Positions 36,710-46,703 of a stretch of 64,000 nucleotides of DNA are shown here, one piece after another (the stretch's first letter is position 1; each line of letters opens with the position of its first letter). The DNA comes from Chloroflexota bacterium. GTDB taxonomy: Bacteria > Chloroflexota > Limnocylindria > P2-11E. The notes under the pieces were generated by a model that made no database searches, had not been told where the DNA came from, and saw nothing but the letters and a program-made list of their open reading frames with translations. A program made the position numbers and the translations under genes. The stretch is from contig VBDQ01000030.1 of assembly GCA_005889075.1 (NCBI GenBank), positions 13,064 through 77,063 on the forward strand, written 5' to 3'.

Positions 36710-37881
36710 CCGCGGAACCCATCGGATTCCGCGTCGGCGCGGCGATGGCCGGAGTGAAGACCGGGAAACGCGAACGCTTGGACGTCGCGCTCGTCGTGTC
36801 CGACCGCCCCTGCACGGCCGCGGGCGTCTTCACGACCAACCAGGTCATCGCCGCGCCCTGCATCGTGACCCGGCGTCACCTCGAGCGTGGCGCGATCCGC
36901 GCGATCGCGGTGAATTCCGGGATCGCCAACGCGTGTACCGGCGACCAGGGCGAGAAGGACGCGATCGCCATGGCTGAGGCGGCGGCGAAGGTCGTCGGAT
37001 GCTCGCCCTACGAGGTCGCGGTCGCGAGCACCGGTGTCATCGGATGGCCCTTGCCGGTCGACCGCATCGCGAAAGCCTTCGGAGAGATCGAGCTTCGAGA
37101 GAACAACTGGAACGAAGCGGCCCGCGCGATGATGACGACCGACACCAAGCCCAAGTCGATCGGCGTCACGCTCGACCTCGGCGCCGGCGTCGTCCGGCTC
37201 CACGGCATCGCGAAGGGCGCGGGGATGATCCACCCGAACATGGCGACGCTTCTCGCGTTCGTCATGACCGATGCGGAGATCGAGGCCGCTGACCTGCGGC
37301 GGATCGTCGCGGCTGCGGCGGACGCGAGCTTCAACGCGATCAGTGTCGACGGCGACACGAGCACGAACGACACGCTTCTGCTCCTCGCAAACGGTGCCTC
37401 CGGCGTGAGGCCGCGAGAGAGCGATCTGGTGACGTTCGAGAGCGGTGTTCGCGGGCTATGCGAGATGCTCGCCGGCGCGATCGTCGCCGACGGCGAGGGC
37501 GTCACCCGCGTCTTCGAGGTCAAGGTCAGCGGCGCGGTCTCCGATGCTGACGCGCGGCTCGCGGCACGAACGATCACGACCTCCAACCTCGTCAAGACCG
37601 CGATCCACGGCGCCGACCCGAACTGGGGCCGCATCCTCGCGGCGGCCGGGCGTTCGGGTGCGAAAGTCGACCAGAGCCGCGCGACGGTACGCATCGCCGA
37701 CATCGCGGTGTTCGAGCGCGGAAAGCCGCGCGCGTTCGACGCGGACGCGGTCCGCCTCGTGTTCAGCCAGAAGGACGTCGCGATCGGGGTCGATCTTGGG
37801 GTCGGGCACGGTCATGCCCGCGCGTGGGGGACGGATCTCTCCGAGGAGTACGTGCGGATCAATGCCGAATACACCACGTAG
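36706..37881 (+). CDS. argJ: Bifunctional ornithine acetyltransferase / N-acetylglutamate synthase
   Basis: GTGA is coupled. Contains GVFTTNQ...GMIHPNMATLLAFVMTDA (autoprocessing Thr). Confidence 0.9.
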   Translation: MTAEPIGFRVGAAMAGVKTGKRERLDVALVVSDRPCTAAGVFTTNQVIAAPCIVTRRHLERGAIRAIAVNSGIANACTGDQGEKDAIAMAEAAAKVVGCSPYEVAVASTGVIGWPLPVDRIAKAFGEIELRENNWNEAARAMMTTDTKPKSIGVTLDLGAGVVRLHGIAKGAGMIHPNMATLLAFVMTDAEIEAADLRRIVAAAADASFNAISVDGDTSTNDTLLLLANGASGVRPRESDLVTFESGVRGLCEMLAGAIVADGEGVTRVFEVKVSGAVSDADARLAARTITTSNLVKTAIHGADPNWGRILAAAGRSGAKVDQSRATVRIADIAVFERGKPRAFDADAVRLVFSQKDVAIGVDLGVGHGHARAWGTDLSEEYVRINAEYTT

Positions 37882-38677
37882 CGACGTGCTCGTCGTGAAG
37901 ATCGGCGGCTCAGTCGGGGTCGCTTCGCGCCCAGGGGCCCCTGCCCCTGCCGACGATGCCGCGATCGATGCGCTGGTCGGTCTCGCCGACGGCGGCCATG
38001 GTCTCGTCGTCGTGCATGGGGGCGGTCCGCTCATCGATAGGTGGGCCGAACGACTCGGACTCACGACGACGTTCGTGCGCGGTCTTCGCGTGACTGACGA
38101 GGGAACGCGGGACCTCGCCCTGGCCGTCCTCGGCGGGCTCGCCAATGGTCGGGTCGTCGCGGCCCTCCTCGCGCGCGGAGTGCCGGCGGTCGGGCTGACC
38201 GGGATCGACGGTGGGATCCTGCGCGCCGAGCGCGAGTCGGAGGACCTCGGGCTGGTCGGGCGAGTGACGCTTGTTGACAGCTCGCTGCTCGAGGAGCTTC
38301 TGGAGCGCGGCCGCGTGCCGATCGTCGCCCCCGCGGCTCTGGCCCGCGACGACGGAACGATCCTCAACGTGAATGGAGACGCAGCCGCCGGCGCGATCGC
38401 CGCGAGCATCGGCGCGCGGCTTCTCGTCTTCGTCACCGATGTTCCCGGTGTCCGCGCGAAGAATGGCCGGGTCATCGAGCGGCTCGACGCCGACCGCGCG
38501 CGCGAGCTCGTCGATGACGGGACGATCGAGGGCGGAATGCTGCCCAAGGTCGAGGCCTGTCTCATGGCCGCCGCCGCGGGCTGCCGCGCGGCGATCATGG
38601 CGACCGCGGGCGTCGATGCCATCGAGCGCCTGCTCGGTGGCGAACAGGTGGGCACCGTCTTCGAGGCAGCGGCGTGA
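37862..38677 (+). CDS. argB: Acetylglutamate kinase
   Basis: Contains VVKIGGS...VVHGGGP...NVNGDAAAGAIA. It overlaps the argJ end by 20 nt. Confidence 0.88.
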   Translation: MPNTPRSDVLVVKIGGSVGVASRPGAPAPADDAAIDALVGLADGGHGLVVVHGGGPLIDRWAERLGLTTTFVRGLRVTDEGTRDLALAVLGGLANGRVVAALLARGVPAVGLTGIDGGILRAERESEDLGLVGRVTLVDSSLLEELLERGRVPIVAPAALARDDGTILNVNGDAAAGAIAASIGARLLVFVTDVPGVRAKNGRVIERLDADRARELVDDGTIEGGMLPKVEACLMAAAAGCRAAIMATAGVDAIERLLGGEQVGTVFEAAA

Positions 38678-39159
38678 GAGAAGCTCTTGCTCGCAAGCAC
38701 CACCGCCAGCAGGCGCTGCTGCGCGCGGTCCAGCGCCAGCATCTCGCGACGCAGGGCGACCTGGTACGCGCGCTGCGGGCCGCCGGTTTCGCGGCGACCC
38801 AGGCCACGGTCTCCCGCGACATCGTCGAGCTCGGATTGGTGAAGGTGGCTCGAGACGGTACCCACGCGTACGCCCCGCCGAGCGCGGCGACGCCGGGTGG
38901 CGGCATGGAAAGGCTGCGCCGGTTCTGCGAGGACTATCCGGTCGAGGGCGCGATCGCAGCGAACCTCGTCATCTTGCGCTCGCTCCCGGGCACCGCGAAC
39001 GCACTCGCCGCCGCCCTCGATGCGTCACGCCTGGACGAGGTCGTCGGTACCCTCGCGGGCGACGACACGGTCTTCGTCGCGGCGTCGACGGAACGGCACG
39101 CGCGATCGCTGCTGGGTCAGCTGATCCCATTCGGGATCGCGCGCAAGGAGGGCAAGTGA
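38674..39159 (+). CDS. argR: Arginine repressor
   Basis: Contains QGDLVRALRAAGFAATQATVSRDIVELGLVK...GTLAGDDTVFV. Confidence 0.88.
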   Translation: MREALARKHHRQQALLRAVQRQHLATQGDLVRALRAAGFAATQATVSRDIVELGLVKVARDGTHAYAPPSAATPGGGMERLRRFCEDYPVEGAIAANLVILRSLPGTANALAAALDASRLDEVVGTLAGDDTVFVAASTERHARSLLGQLIPFGIARKEGK

Positions 39160-40454
39160 AGCGGTACGAAGGCGAGACGTGCGTGCTCGCCTATTCCGGC
39201 GGCCTCGACACCTCGGTCGCGGTCGCCTGGCTGCGCGAGACGCTCGGGTTCGAAGTCGTGACGTGCACCGGCGATCTTGGCGCGACCGGCGATCTCGGGG
39301 CGGTCCAGCGCAAGGCGATCGCGAGCGGGGCCCGTAAGGCGATCGTCCAGGACGCCCGCGACATCTTCGTGCGCTACTTCGTGTGGCCGGCGCTGCAGGC
39401 GGGTGCGCTGTACGAGGAGCGCTATCCGCTCGCGACGGCGCTCGGACGACCGCTGCTCGCGAAGCTGCTCGTCGACGCCGCCCGTTCCGAGAACGCGCGT
39501 TTTGTCGCGCACGGCTGCACTGGCAAGGGCAACGACCAGGTCCGCTTCGACCTCGCCGTCGGCGCGCTCGCGCCCGATCTCACGGTGATCGCGCCCATGC
39601 GCGGCGGGATGAACATGACCCGCGAGGAGGAGATCGACTACGCGCGCAAGCACGGCATTGCGGTCGAGGCCACGAAGAAGAGCCCATACAGCGTCGACGA
39701 AAACCTCTGGGGCCGCTCGATCGAAGCAGGTGTGCTCGAGGATCCGTGGGGTCGTCCGCCACGCGACGTCTACCAGTGGACGGCCGACCCGGAGGAGGTC
39801 CCGGCGCCCCCGTACGAGCTCGAGATCTCGTTCGTCGAAGGCGTGCCCGTCGGCCTCGACGGCGAAGAGCAGAGCGGCGTCGACCTGATCAAGACCCTGA
39901 ACGTCGTCGGTGGAAAATACGGTGTGGGGCGGATCGACATGGTCGAGGACCGCCTCGTCGGCATCAAATCGCGGGAGATCTACGAGGCGCCGGCCGCGGT
40001 GCTGCTCCATCAAGCGCAACGCGCGCTCGAGGCGCTGGTGCTGACGAAAGACGCGCTGCGATTCAAGGCGCGCGTTGCGCAGGAATACGCGGAGCTCGTC
40101 TACAACGGGCTCTGGTTCTCGGCCCATCACCAGGACCTCGCCGCGTATGTGCGAAGCACACAGCGTTTCGTGACCGGCGAGGTGCGGCTCCGGCTCGACC
40201 GTGGCACGTCGACGGTGGTCGGCAGGCGCTCGGCGCACTCCCTTTATCAGACCGCGCTCGCGACGTACGGCAAGGGCGACGCGTTCGACCACCGGGCATC
40301 CGAAGGCTTCATCACGGTCTTTGGACTGCCGGTCCGGACGCAAGCTCGAACGCAGGCGCTCTGGGGCGAGGGAAGCGAGGCCGCCCTCGAGATCCCTCGC
40401 AAGGCGCTTACGGCTCAAACAGACAGAGCGAAGCCGCAACGGGCGCGGAAATGA
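39156..40454 (+). CDS. argG: Argininosuccinate synthase
   Basis: Contains LAYSGGLDTS...HGCTGKGNDQVRF. An AAGGAGGG SD lies upstream of GTG 39156. Confidence 0.92.
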   Translation: MKRYEGETCVLAYSGGLDTSVAVAWLRETLGFEVVTCTGDLGATGDLGAVQRKAIASGARKAIVQDARDIFVRYFVWPALQAGALYEERYPLATALGRPLLAKLLVDAARSENARFVAHGCTGKGNDQVRFDLAVGALAPDLTVIAPMRGGMNMTREEEIDYARKHGIAVEATKKSPYSVDENLWGRSIEAGVLEDPWGRPPRDVYQWTADPEEVPAPPYELEISFVEGVPVGLDGEEQSGVDLIKTLNVVGGKYGVGRIDMVEDRLVGIKSREIYEAPAAVLLHQAQRALEALVLTKDALRFKARVAQEYAELVYNGLWFSAHHQDLAAYVRSTQRFVTGEVRLRLDRGTSTVVGRRSAHSLYQTALATYGKGDAFDHRASEGFITVFGLPVRTQARTQALWGEGSEAALEIPRKALTAQTDRAKPQRARK

Positions 40455-41833
40455 GCGAAGAGAAAAAGCCGCTCTGGTCGGGCCGTTTTGGGACTCCAAT
40501 TGACCCGCGCGTCCTCCGATTCACCAGCTCGCTCCAGCAGGACAAGCGGATCGCCGCGAGCGATGTCCGGGGGAGCATCGCGCACGCACGGATGCTCGGC
40601 CGACAGAAGATCCTGAGCGAAGCCGAGCGGGCGAAGATCGTCGGAGGGCTAGAGCGGATCGCACGCGAGATAGAAGAGGGACGATTCCCGTGGTCTGCTG
40701 AAGTCGAAGACATTCACACCGCCATCGAGTTGCGGTTAGCCGAGCTCGTTGGTGACGTCGCCGGCAAGCTCCACACCGCGCGCAGCCGCAACGATCAGAT
40801 CGCTCTCGACCTGAGGCTGTTCACGATCGATCGGCTCAACGAGCTCGACGCCGCCATTCTCGAATTGGCGCGCGCGCTCATCGACCGAGCGCGCGACGAG
40901 ACCGAGACGATCATGCCCGGGTACACGCACCTTCAAAGAGCGCAGCCGGTCTCGCTCGCGCACCACCTTCTCGCGCACGTGGAGGCGCTCCGTCGCGATC
41001 GCGCCCGCATCGCGGAGGCGCGCGAGCGCGCAGCGACGTCCCCACTCGGCGCGGGAGCGCTCGCGGGCGTGCCCTACGCGACCGATCCAGTCTCGACGGC
41101 GCGGGATCTGGGACTCGAGCGCGTGTTTCGCAATAGCGTCGACGCGGTCGCAGATCGGGACTTCGTGGTGGATTTCGTCTATGTCGCGGCGCTCGCGGCG
41201 GTCCACGCGTCGAGGCTCGCCGAAGAGATCGTCCTTTGGACGAGCGCGGAGTTCGCTTTCGCGGAGCTCGCCGACGAGCACGCGACGGGCTCGAGCATCA
41301 TGCCGCAGAAGAAGAATGCCGACGTCGCTGAGCTCGTGCGCGGACGCGCCGGTCGCCTGATCGGCGATCTCACCGCCGTCCTCGCGACGCTCAAAGGTCT
41401 GCCGCTCGCGTACGACTCCGACCTTCAAGAGCAGCGCGCGCCCTTATATGACGCCACTGAGGTCGCGCCGGCGCTCGTCGTTCTCGCCGCCACGCTTGGT
41501 GGAGTGCGCTTCGATCGCGCGGCGATGCGACGCGCAACCGATCGGGGCATGCTCGGAGCCACCGACCTCGCCGACCACCTCGCGAAACGTGGCGTGCCCT
41601 TCCGCGAGGCGCATGAGATCGTCGGCCGGATCGTCCAGGAGCGGCTTGCCGCTGGCAGAGATTTCGACGGGCTGACCCTGGAGGACCTGCGGCGCCATGA
41701 CAAGAGGTTCGAGGGGAGCGCGCTGGATGAGATCAAGCCCGAGCGGTCCCTCGCTGCGCGCACCTCGCCAGGCGGCACCGCTCCGGTTCGGGTCCGAGAA
41801 GCCCTCGCCGAGGCCGAGGCGGCGCTTCGTTGA
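40451..41833 (+). CDS. argH: Argininosuccinate lyase
   Basis: Contains LWSGRF...TGSSIMPQKKN. ATGA is coupled. Confidence 0.92.
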   Translation: MSEEKKPLWSGRFGTPIDPRVLRFTSSLQQDKRIAASDVRGSIAHARMLGRQKILSEAERAKIVGGLERIAREIEEGRFPWSAEVEDIHTAIELRLAELVGDVAGKLHTARSRNDQIALDLRLFTIDRLNELDAAILELARALIDRARDETETIMPGYTHLQRAQPVSLAHHLLAHVEALRRDRARIAEARERAATSPLGAGALAGVPYATDPVSTARDLGLERVFRNSVDAVADRDFVVDFVYVAALAAVHASRLAEEIVLWTSAEFAFAELADEHATGSSIMPQKKNADVAELVRGRAGRLIGDLTAVLATLKGLPLAYDSDLQEQRAPLYDATEVAPALVVLAATLGGVRFDRAAMRRATDRGMLGATDLADHLAKRGVPFREAHEIVGRIVQERLAAGRDFDGLTLEDLRRHDKRFEGSALDEIKPERSLAARTSPGGTAPVRVREALAEAEAALR

Positions 41834-42369
41834 GCGCCGCGATCCGTCCCGCGCGCGTCGAGGACGTCGAGGACATGCGCGCGCTCATCGCGCGTTACGC
41901 GGCCGATGACCGCATGCTCGTACGATCGCGCGACTTCCTCCTCGAGCATCTGCGCGACTTCGTCGTCGCACAGGACGCGACCGGCTTTCTCGGCTGCTGC
42001 GCCCTCGCCGTGCTGACCCCTGATCTCGCGGAGGTCCGCTCGCTCGCTGTGACTCCCGAGGCATCCGGTCAAGGCATTGGGAAGGCGCTCGTGCTCGCAT
42101 GCGTTGCCGAGGCGCGCCGCCTGGGTCTGCGGCGCATCTTCGCGCTCACCCTCGTGCCTGAGTTCTTCGAGCGGTGCGGATTCGTCCTAACGAGCCTCGG
42201 CCGCCTGCCGGAGAAGAGCGCTGCCGAGTGCCCGGTCTGCCCGAAGCGTTTTGCCTGCGACGAGCACGCGATGCTGCTTCATCTCGATGGGACTGCTCCG
42301 CTGCCGCTCACACCGAACGAGCCTGTCGGATACACACGACTCTTTCTTGGCAGGGAGCCAGAACGATGA
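41830..42369 (+). CDS. GNAT family N-acetyltransferase (short ArgA-like)
   Basis: Contains EVRSLAVTPEASGQGIGKAL (acetyl-CoA motif A). TTGA is coupled to argH. Confidence 0.75.
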   Translation: MSAAIRPARVEDVEDMRALIARYAADDRMLVRSRDFLLEHLRDFVVAQDATGFLGCCALAVLTPDLAEVRSLAVTPEASGQGIGKALVLACVAEARRLGLRRIFALTLVPEFFERCGFVLTSLGRLPEKSAAECPVCPKRFACDEHAMLLHLDGTAPLPLTPNEPVGYTRLFLGREPER

Positions 42370-42661
42370 GCGTCACCGTCGGTCCGAAGGGCCAACGTGG
42401 AGCGGAGTTCCCACCCATCGCCCGTGCCCTCAGACCCGCGGAGCGAAGACCGGGTTGCCGCGACGGACGACCCTCGGCTGGTTCACCGACGACCGCCCGG
42501 GCTCGTGGATCGTGGTGGGCTCGAACGGCGGTGCCGCGGCGCATCCCGCATGGGTCATCAACCTGGTGCGTCAGAAGATCGTCGAGCTCGCGCCTGGCTA
42601 CGGGAAGTACACGGAGCAGACCGATCGCGTGATCCCGGTCATCCGACTCGTCAGGACGTGA
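42366..42661 (+). pseudogene. Deazaflavin-dependent nitroreductase-family (DUF385-like) remnant
   Basis: ATG 42366 is ATGA-coupled. After about 25 codons, the recognisable sequence TRGAKTGLPRRTTLGWF...VVGSNGGAAAHPAWVINL / ELAPGYGKYTEQTDRVIPVIRL continues in a different frame. The total is about 98 aa, against the roughly 140-150 aa I recall for this family. Confidence 0.6.
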
Positions 42662-43029
42662 ACAAGCTTGCGCGCACGTTGGCCGCGGGTTTCGATGCGG
42701 TCGCGATGGGCTATCTGGCGAGCACCGAAACGGCCGGGCGGCTTGATGTGAGCTTCAATGAGTACGTGCTCTGGGGCGCGGTCGCCGCCGCCGCGCTCTG
42801 CGCCCTGATCACCTTCCTCGACAAAGCCCCCGAGATCGCGTGGGTCGCCATCGGTTGGGTGCTGATGGGCGGACTCTTGACGCGCGACAGCCCGCATCTC
42901 GGATTCGTTCTGCTGGCCATCGCGCTGATGCCGCTCGTGCCGCGGCCGCGCGCATCGCTCGCGCTCGGTCTCGGTATCGCCGCGCTCGCCGCGGTCGCGT
43001 CACGCGTCGTGCTCGCCGTCGCCCTCTAA
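42658..43029 (+). CDS. Small membrane protein (about 4 TM helices)
   Basis: GTGA is coupled. It has hydrophobic helices. Confidence 0.5.
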   Translation: MNKLARTLAAGFDAVAMGYLASTETAGRLDVSFNEYVLWGAVAAAALCALITFLDKAPEIAWVAIGWVLMGGLLTRDSPHLGFVLLAIALMPLVPRPRASLALGLGIAALAAVASRVVLAVAL

Positions 43030-43041
43030 CATCCAGGTGGC

Positions 43042-44610
43042 TTGACCACCCGGCCCACGGTTCGCGCAGCGAATGGCATCGTCGCGAGCGGGCATCACCT
43101 CGCCACATCAGCGGGTCTCGCCGCACTGCGCGAGGGGGGCAACGCGGTCGATGCGGCAGTGACGGCGGCTGCGGTCTGCGGAGTGGTGATGCCGCACCGC
43201 ACCTCGTTCGGCGGGGACGTCTTTGCGCTCGTGTATGACGCACGGTCCCGGGAGGTCAGCGCCTACAACGGTTCCGGTGCCGCCCCGCGCTCGATCGATC
43301 GCGAGCTGTTCCGGGCGGGCTTCCCAACGCAGGGCGGCGCCCTCGCGACAGTTCCCGGTGCGATCGCCGCGCTGGTCGATCTCGCAAACGAGCATGGTCG
43401 CCTCGGGCTCGACCGCGACCTTGCCCCGGCGATCGCGTACGCCGAGGGTGGCTTCCCGGTGAGCGATGTGCTCGCGGAAGGCATGGCGGAGGAGGGCGAG
43501 CGCCTCGCCCTCGATCCTGAAGCTACGCGGATCTTCGGCCCGCGCGGCCGCTGGCCACAGGCCGGCGAGATGCTCCAGCAACCGGACCTCGCCGCGTCGT
43601 TGCGCGCGATCGCACGGGACGGAGCCGACGTGTTCTACCGTGGCGATCTCGGCGCGCGCTTCGTCGAAGGCATCGCCGCGATCGGTGGCGCCATCGACCG
43701 AGGCGATCTCTCGGCCCATCGCACGGATCACCCCGAGGCGATCGCGATCGAGTACCGAGGACTGCGCGTGATCGGCCAACCGCCCGTCTCGCAGGGTCAC
43801 ATCCTTCTCGAGGAGCTGGCGATCGCGGAGGGCCTCGATCTTCGCGCGATGGAGTGGGGAAGCGCGGATCTCGTTCACCAGATGGTGGAAACGAAGAAGC
43901 TTGCTTTCGCGGATCGCGATGCTTTTGCGGGAGATCCCCGACACGTCGAATTTGATCCGCGCCGGCTCCTCGCCGGTGAATTCGTTGCGAGCCGCCGGCG
44001 CGCCCTCGCCGGGAAGGCGACGGAACGAACCGAGGCTGGTTCGCTCATGACGCCCGCCGACACCACGTACCTTGCCGTGGTCGATCGTGATGGGAATGCG
44101 GTCTCGCTGATCGAGAGCGTCTTCAGCGCGTTCGGCGCGGCGGTGATCGTCCCGGGAACGGGTCTGCTGTTGAACAACCGGCTGACCGGCTTCGCGCTCG
44201 ATGCTCGCTCCCCGAACGCGCTCGTCGGCGGCAAGCGTCCTGTGCACACGTTGAACACGGTCATCGTGCTCGATGGATCCGCGCCACGTTTCGTGTTTGG
44301 TACGCCGGGCCGCCACGCGCAGGTGCAGACCAACTTCCAGCTCGCCGTCGCGCTGATCGACTTCGGTATGGACGTGCAGCGCGCGATCGAGGAGCCGCGG
44401 TGGTTCCACGAATCGGGCCGAACCCTGAAGGTGGAGCGCCGGTACCCTGAGGCGGTGCGTCGCGCGCTCGCGACGAAGGGGCATGAGATCGCCGTTCTCG
44501 ACGACTGGGCAGCGGTGACCGGTGGCGCGCAGGCGATCGCGATCGAACCGAACGGCGCGTTCGCCGGGGGCGCCGATCCGCGCCGCGAGGGCCAGGCCGC
44601 TGGGTATTAG
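43042..44610 (+). CDS. ggt: Gamma-glutamyltransferase
   Basis: Contains GNAVDAAV...PADTTYLAVVDRDGNAVS (catalytic Thr)...GGADPRREG. Confidence 0.88.
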   Translation: MTTRPTVRAANGIVASGHHLATSAGLAALREGGNAVDAAVTAAAVCGVVMPHRTSFGGDVFALVYDARSREVSAYNGSGAAPRSIDRELFRAGFPTQGGALATVPGAIAALVDLANEHGRLGLDRDLAPAIAYAEGGFPVSDVLAEGMAEEGERLALDPEATRIFGPRGRWPQAGEMLQQPDLAASLRAIARDGADVFYRGDLGARFVEGIAAIGGAIDRGDLSAHRTDHPEAIAIEYRGLRVIGQPPVSQGHILLEELAIAEGLDLRAMEWGSADLVHQMVETKKLAFADRDAFAGDPRHVEFDPRRLLAGEFVASRRRALAGKATERTEAGSLMTPADTTYLAVVDRDGNAVSLIESVFSAFGAAVIVPGTGLLLNNRLTGFALDARSPNALVGGKRPVHTLNTVIVLDGSAPRFVFGTPGRHAQVQTNFQLAVALIDFGMDVQRAIEEPRWFHESGRTLKVERRYPEAVRRALATKGHEIAVLDDWAAVTGGAQAIAIEPNGAFAGGADPRREGQAAGY

Positions 44611-44623
44611 CGGTTGGGGGGCG

Positions 44624-46661
44624 TTGCCCCCCAGCCCCCGAGCTCTCAGTGTCGCTCTCGCGCTCTTCGTGATTCTTGCGGCCGTCAGCAGCGCCTGTAC
44701 ACCAGGCCCGCCCTCGCCCGAGCCGGTCGCGCGGCAATACGCCGCCGCATGGGAGAAGCGCGACTACCAGACGATGTGGTCGCTCGTGAGCGACGACGCG
44801 AAGGCGCAGGTCACGGCAGCGGGTTTCGTCGACCGTTTGCCACGCATTGCGGACGAGATGACGCTTCGCTCCCTCGAGGCGAAGGCCGGGACGGCGACGC
44901 ACCCTTCGCTCGCGAGCGGCTCGCCGGATCCGCGGAAGGCGACGGTTCCGCTCTCCGTAACATTCCGTACCGAGCGCGTCGGCGACTTCAGGCGCGAGAC
45001 CCCGCTGCCGATGGTGCTTGTTGGCGAGGCGGACAAGGCTGTCTGGCGCATCGCGTGGACGCCCGAAGCGATCCTTCCTCACCTCAGCGCAGGGCGGCTC
45101 GTCCGGATGACCCGAGTCGACACCTCTCGCGGGCGGATCCTCGCGCGCGACGGCACCGAGCTCGCGACCTTCGTCGAGGCCGGCGTCGTCGGCGTCGTCA
45201 CGGGGCAGATCCGGTCCGAGGCCGGGCTTCTGGCGTCGCTCTCATCCGCGCTCGGCATGAAGCCCGAGGACATCAAGGCCAAGTACACCCAGTCGTGGGT
45301 CCAGCCCGATCTCTTCGTTCCGATCAAGGTCGTTCCAGCTGCTCAGCTCGATACGCTTCGCGCGAAGCTTTCGGTCATCGAGGGCGTGCAGGTCCAGGCC
45401 ACACGCGTGCGCAGCTATCCGACCGGTCTCGCGTCGCAGACGCTGGGGTACCTCAGCCAGGCCGACGACGATGAGGCGAAGGCGAAGACCGCGCGCGGGG
45501 TCGAGGCCGGCGACCTTATCGGCAAGAAGGACACGGGTCTCGAGGCCACGCTCGACGACGAGCTCGGCGGGAGCTACGGGTTCCGCCTTGGCATCGTGGA
45601 GGCGGACGAGCGGCCGGTCGAGACGCTCGCGGAGACCGCCCCGGTGCCTGGCCGCGACGTTGTGCTCTCGCTCGACCCTAAGCTCCAGCGCACGGCCGAG
45701 AACACGCTCGGCGACAAGAAGGGCGCCATCGTCGCGGAGGATCCGTGGAGCGGCGAGATCCTTGCGATCGCCAGCCGCCCCTCGTTCGATCTGAACGCGT
45801 TCGTGTCAGGGGACGCCGCCGCGATCTCCCGCTACTCCGCCGACCCGAACCGCCCGTTCTTCAACCGCGCCACGTTCGGGCAGTACCCAACGGGCTCGTC
45901 GTTCAAGCCTGTGACGAGCGCCGCGGCGCTGCGCAACAACGTCTACAAGTGGGGCGACAGGATCGACTGTCCGGCGGTATGGACCGGGTACGGAGCGCAG
46001 TGGGCGCAGCTCAATCACGAGACCACTGCGCTCGGTCCCATCGACCTGCGCACCGCTCTCGCACGGAGCTGTAACACGTTCTTCTACGAAATCGGCAAGC
46101 GTCTCAACGACAAAGATCCGAACATCCTGCCCAACGAAGCCAAGAGCTTCGGCCTCGGGAAGGCGACGGACATCGATTATGTCTTCGAGGCCGAGGGCCT
46201 CGTGCCGAGTCCCGACTGGAAGAAGCAGCACTTCGCAAACGCGTCGGATCAGGTGTGGAACCCGGGTGTGGAAGCCTCGTCTGGTCGTCGAGCTTCGTGA
46301 TCGTGACGGGAAGACGGTGAAGACGTTCCCGAAGACACAGGCCGGCGCGGTGCAGAGCATTCCGACCGACCTTTCGCTCATCCGTGACGGCATGCACGCA
46401 GTGACCACGGATCTTGACGGAACGGTGTCATCGGTGTTCCGCAGCTACTCGGTCACGACCGCGGGGAAGAGCGGCACAGCCGAGACCGCCGCCGCCGGCA
46501 AAGTGGACGCGTGGTTCATCGGCTTCGCATCGTTTGAGCAGCCATCGATGGCGATCGCCGCGGTGCTGGACGAGTACACCGAGCGGCCCGGGGTCTTCGG
46601 ATCCGTCGATTCCGCCATCGCCGCCAAGGCCGTTTTCGCGGCGAAATTCGGGGCGCCGTGA
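44624..46661 (+). pseudogene. Penicillin-binding protein 2-type transpeptidase, frame-broken near 46253-46273
   Basis: The N-terminus is lipoprotein-like (AAVSSAC). GSSFKP (SxxK) and RSCN (SxN) lie in one frame. AGKSGTAE (KSG) lies in the frame of ORF 46179..46661. The 8-bp direct repeat GTGTGGAA occurs at 46253 and 46266. Confidence 0.75.
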
Positions 46662-46703
46662 GGCTCGTCCGTCCTCGCGGCTAGACTTTTTCGCATCCCA
46701 ACG

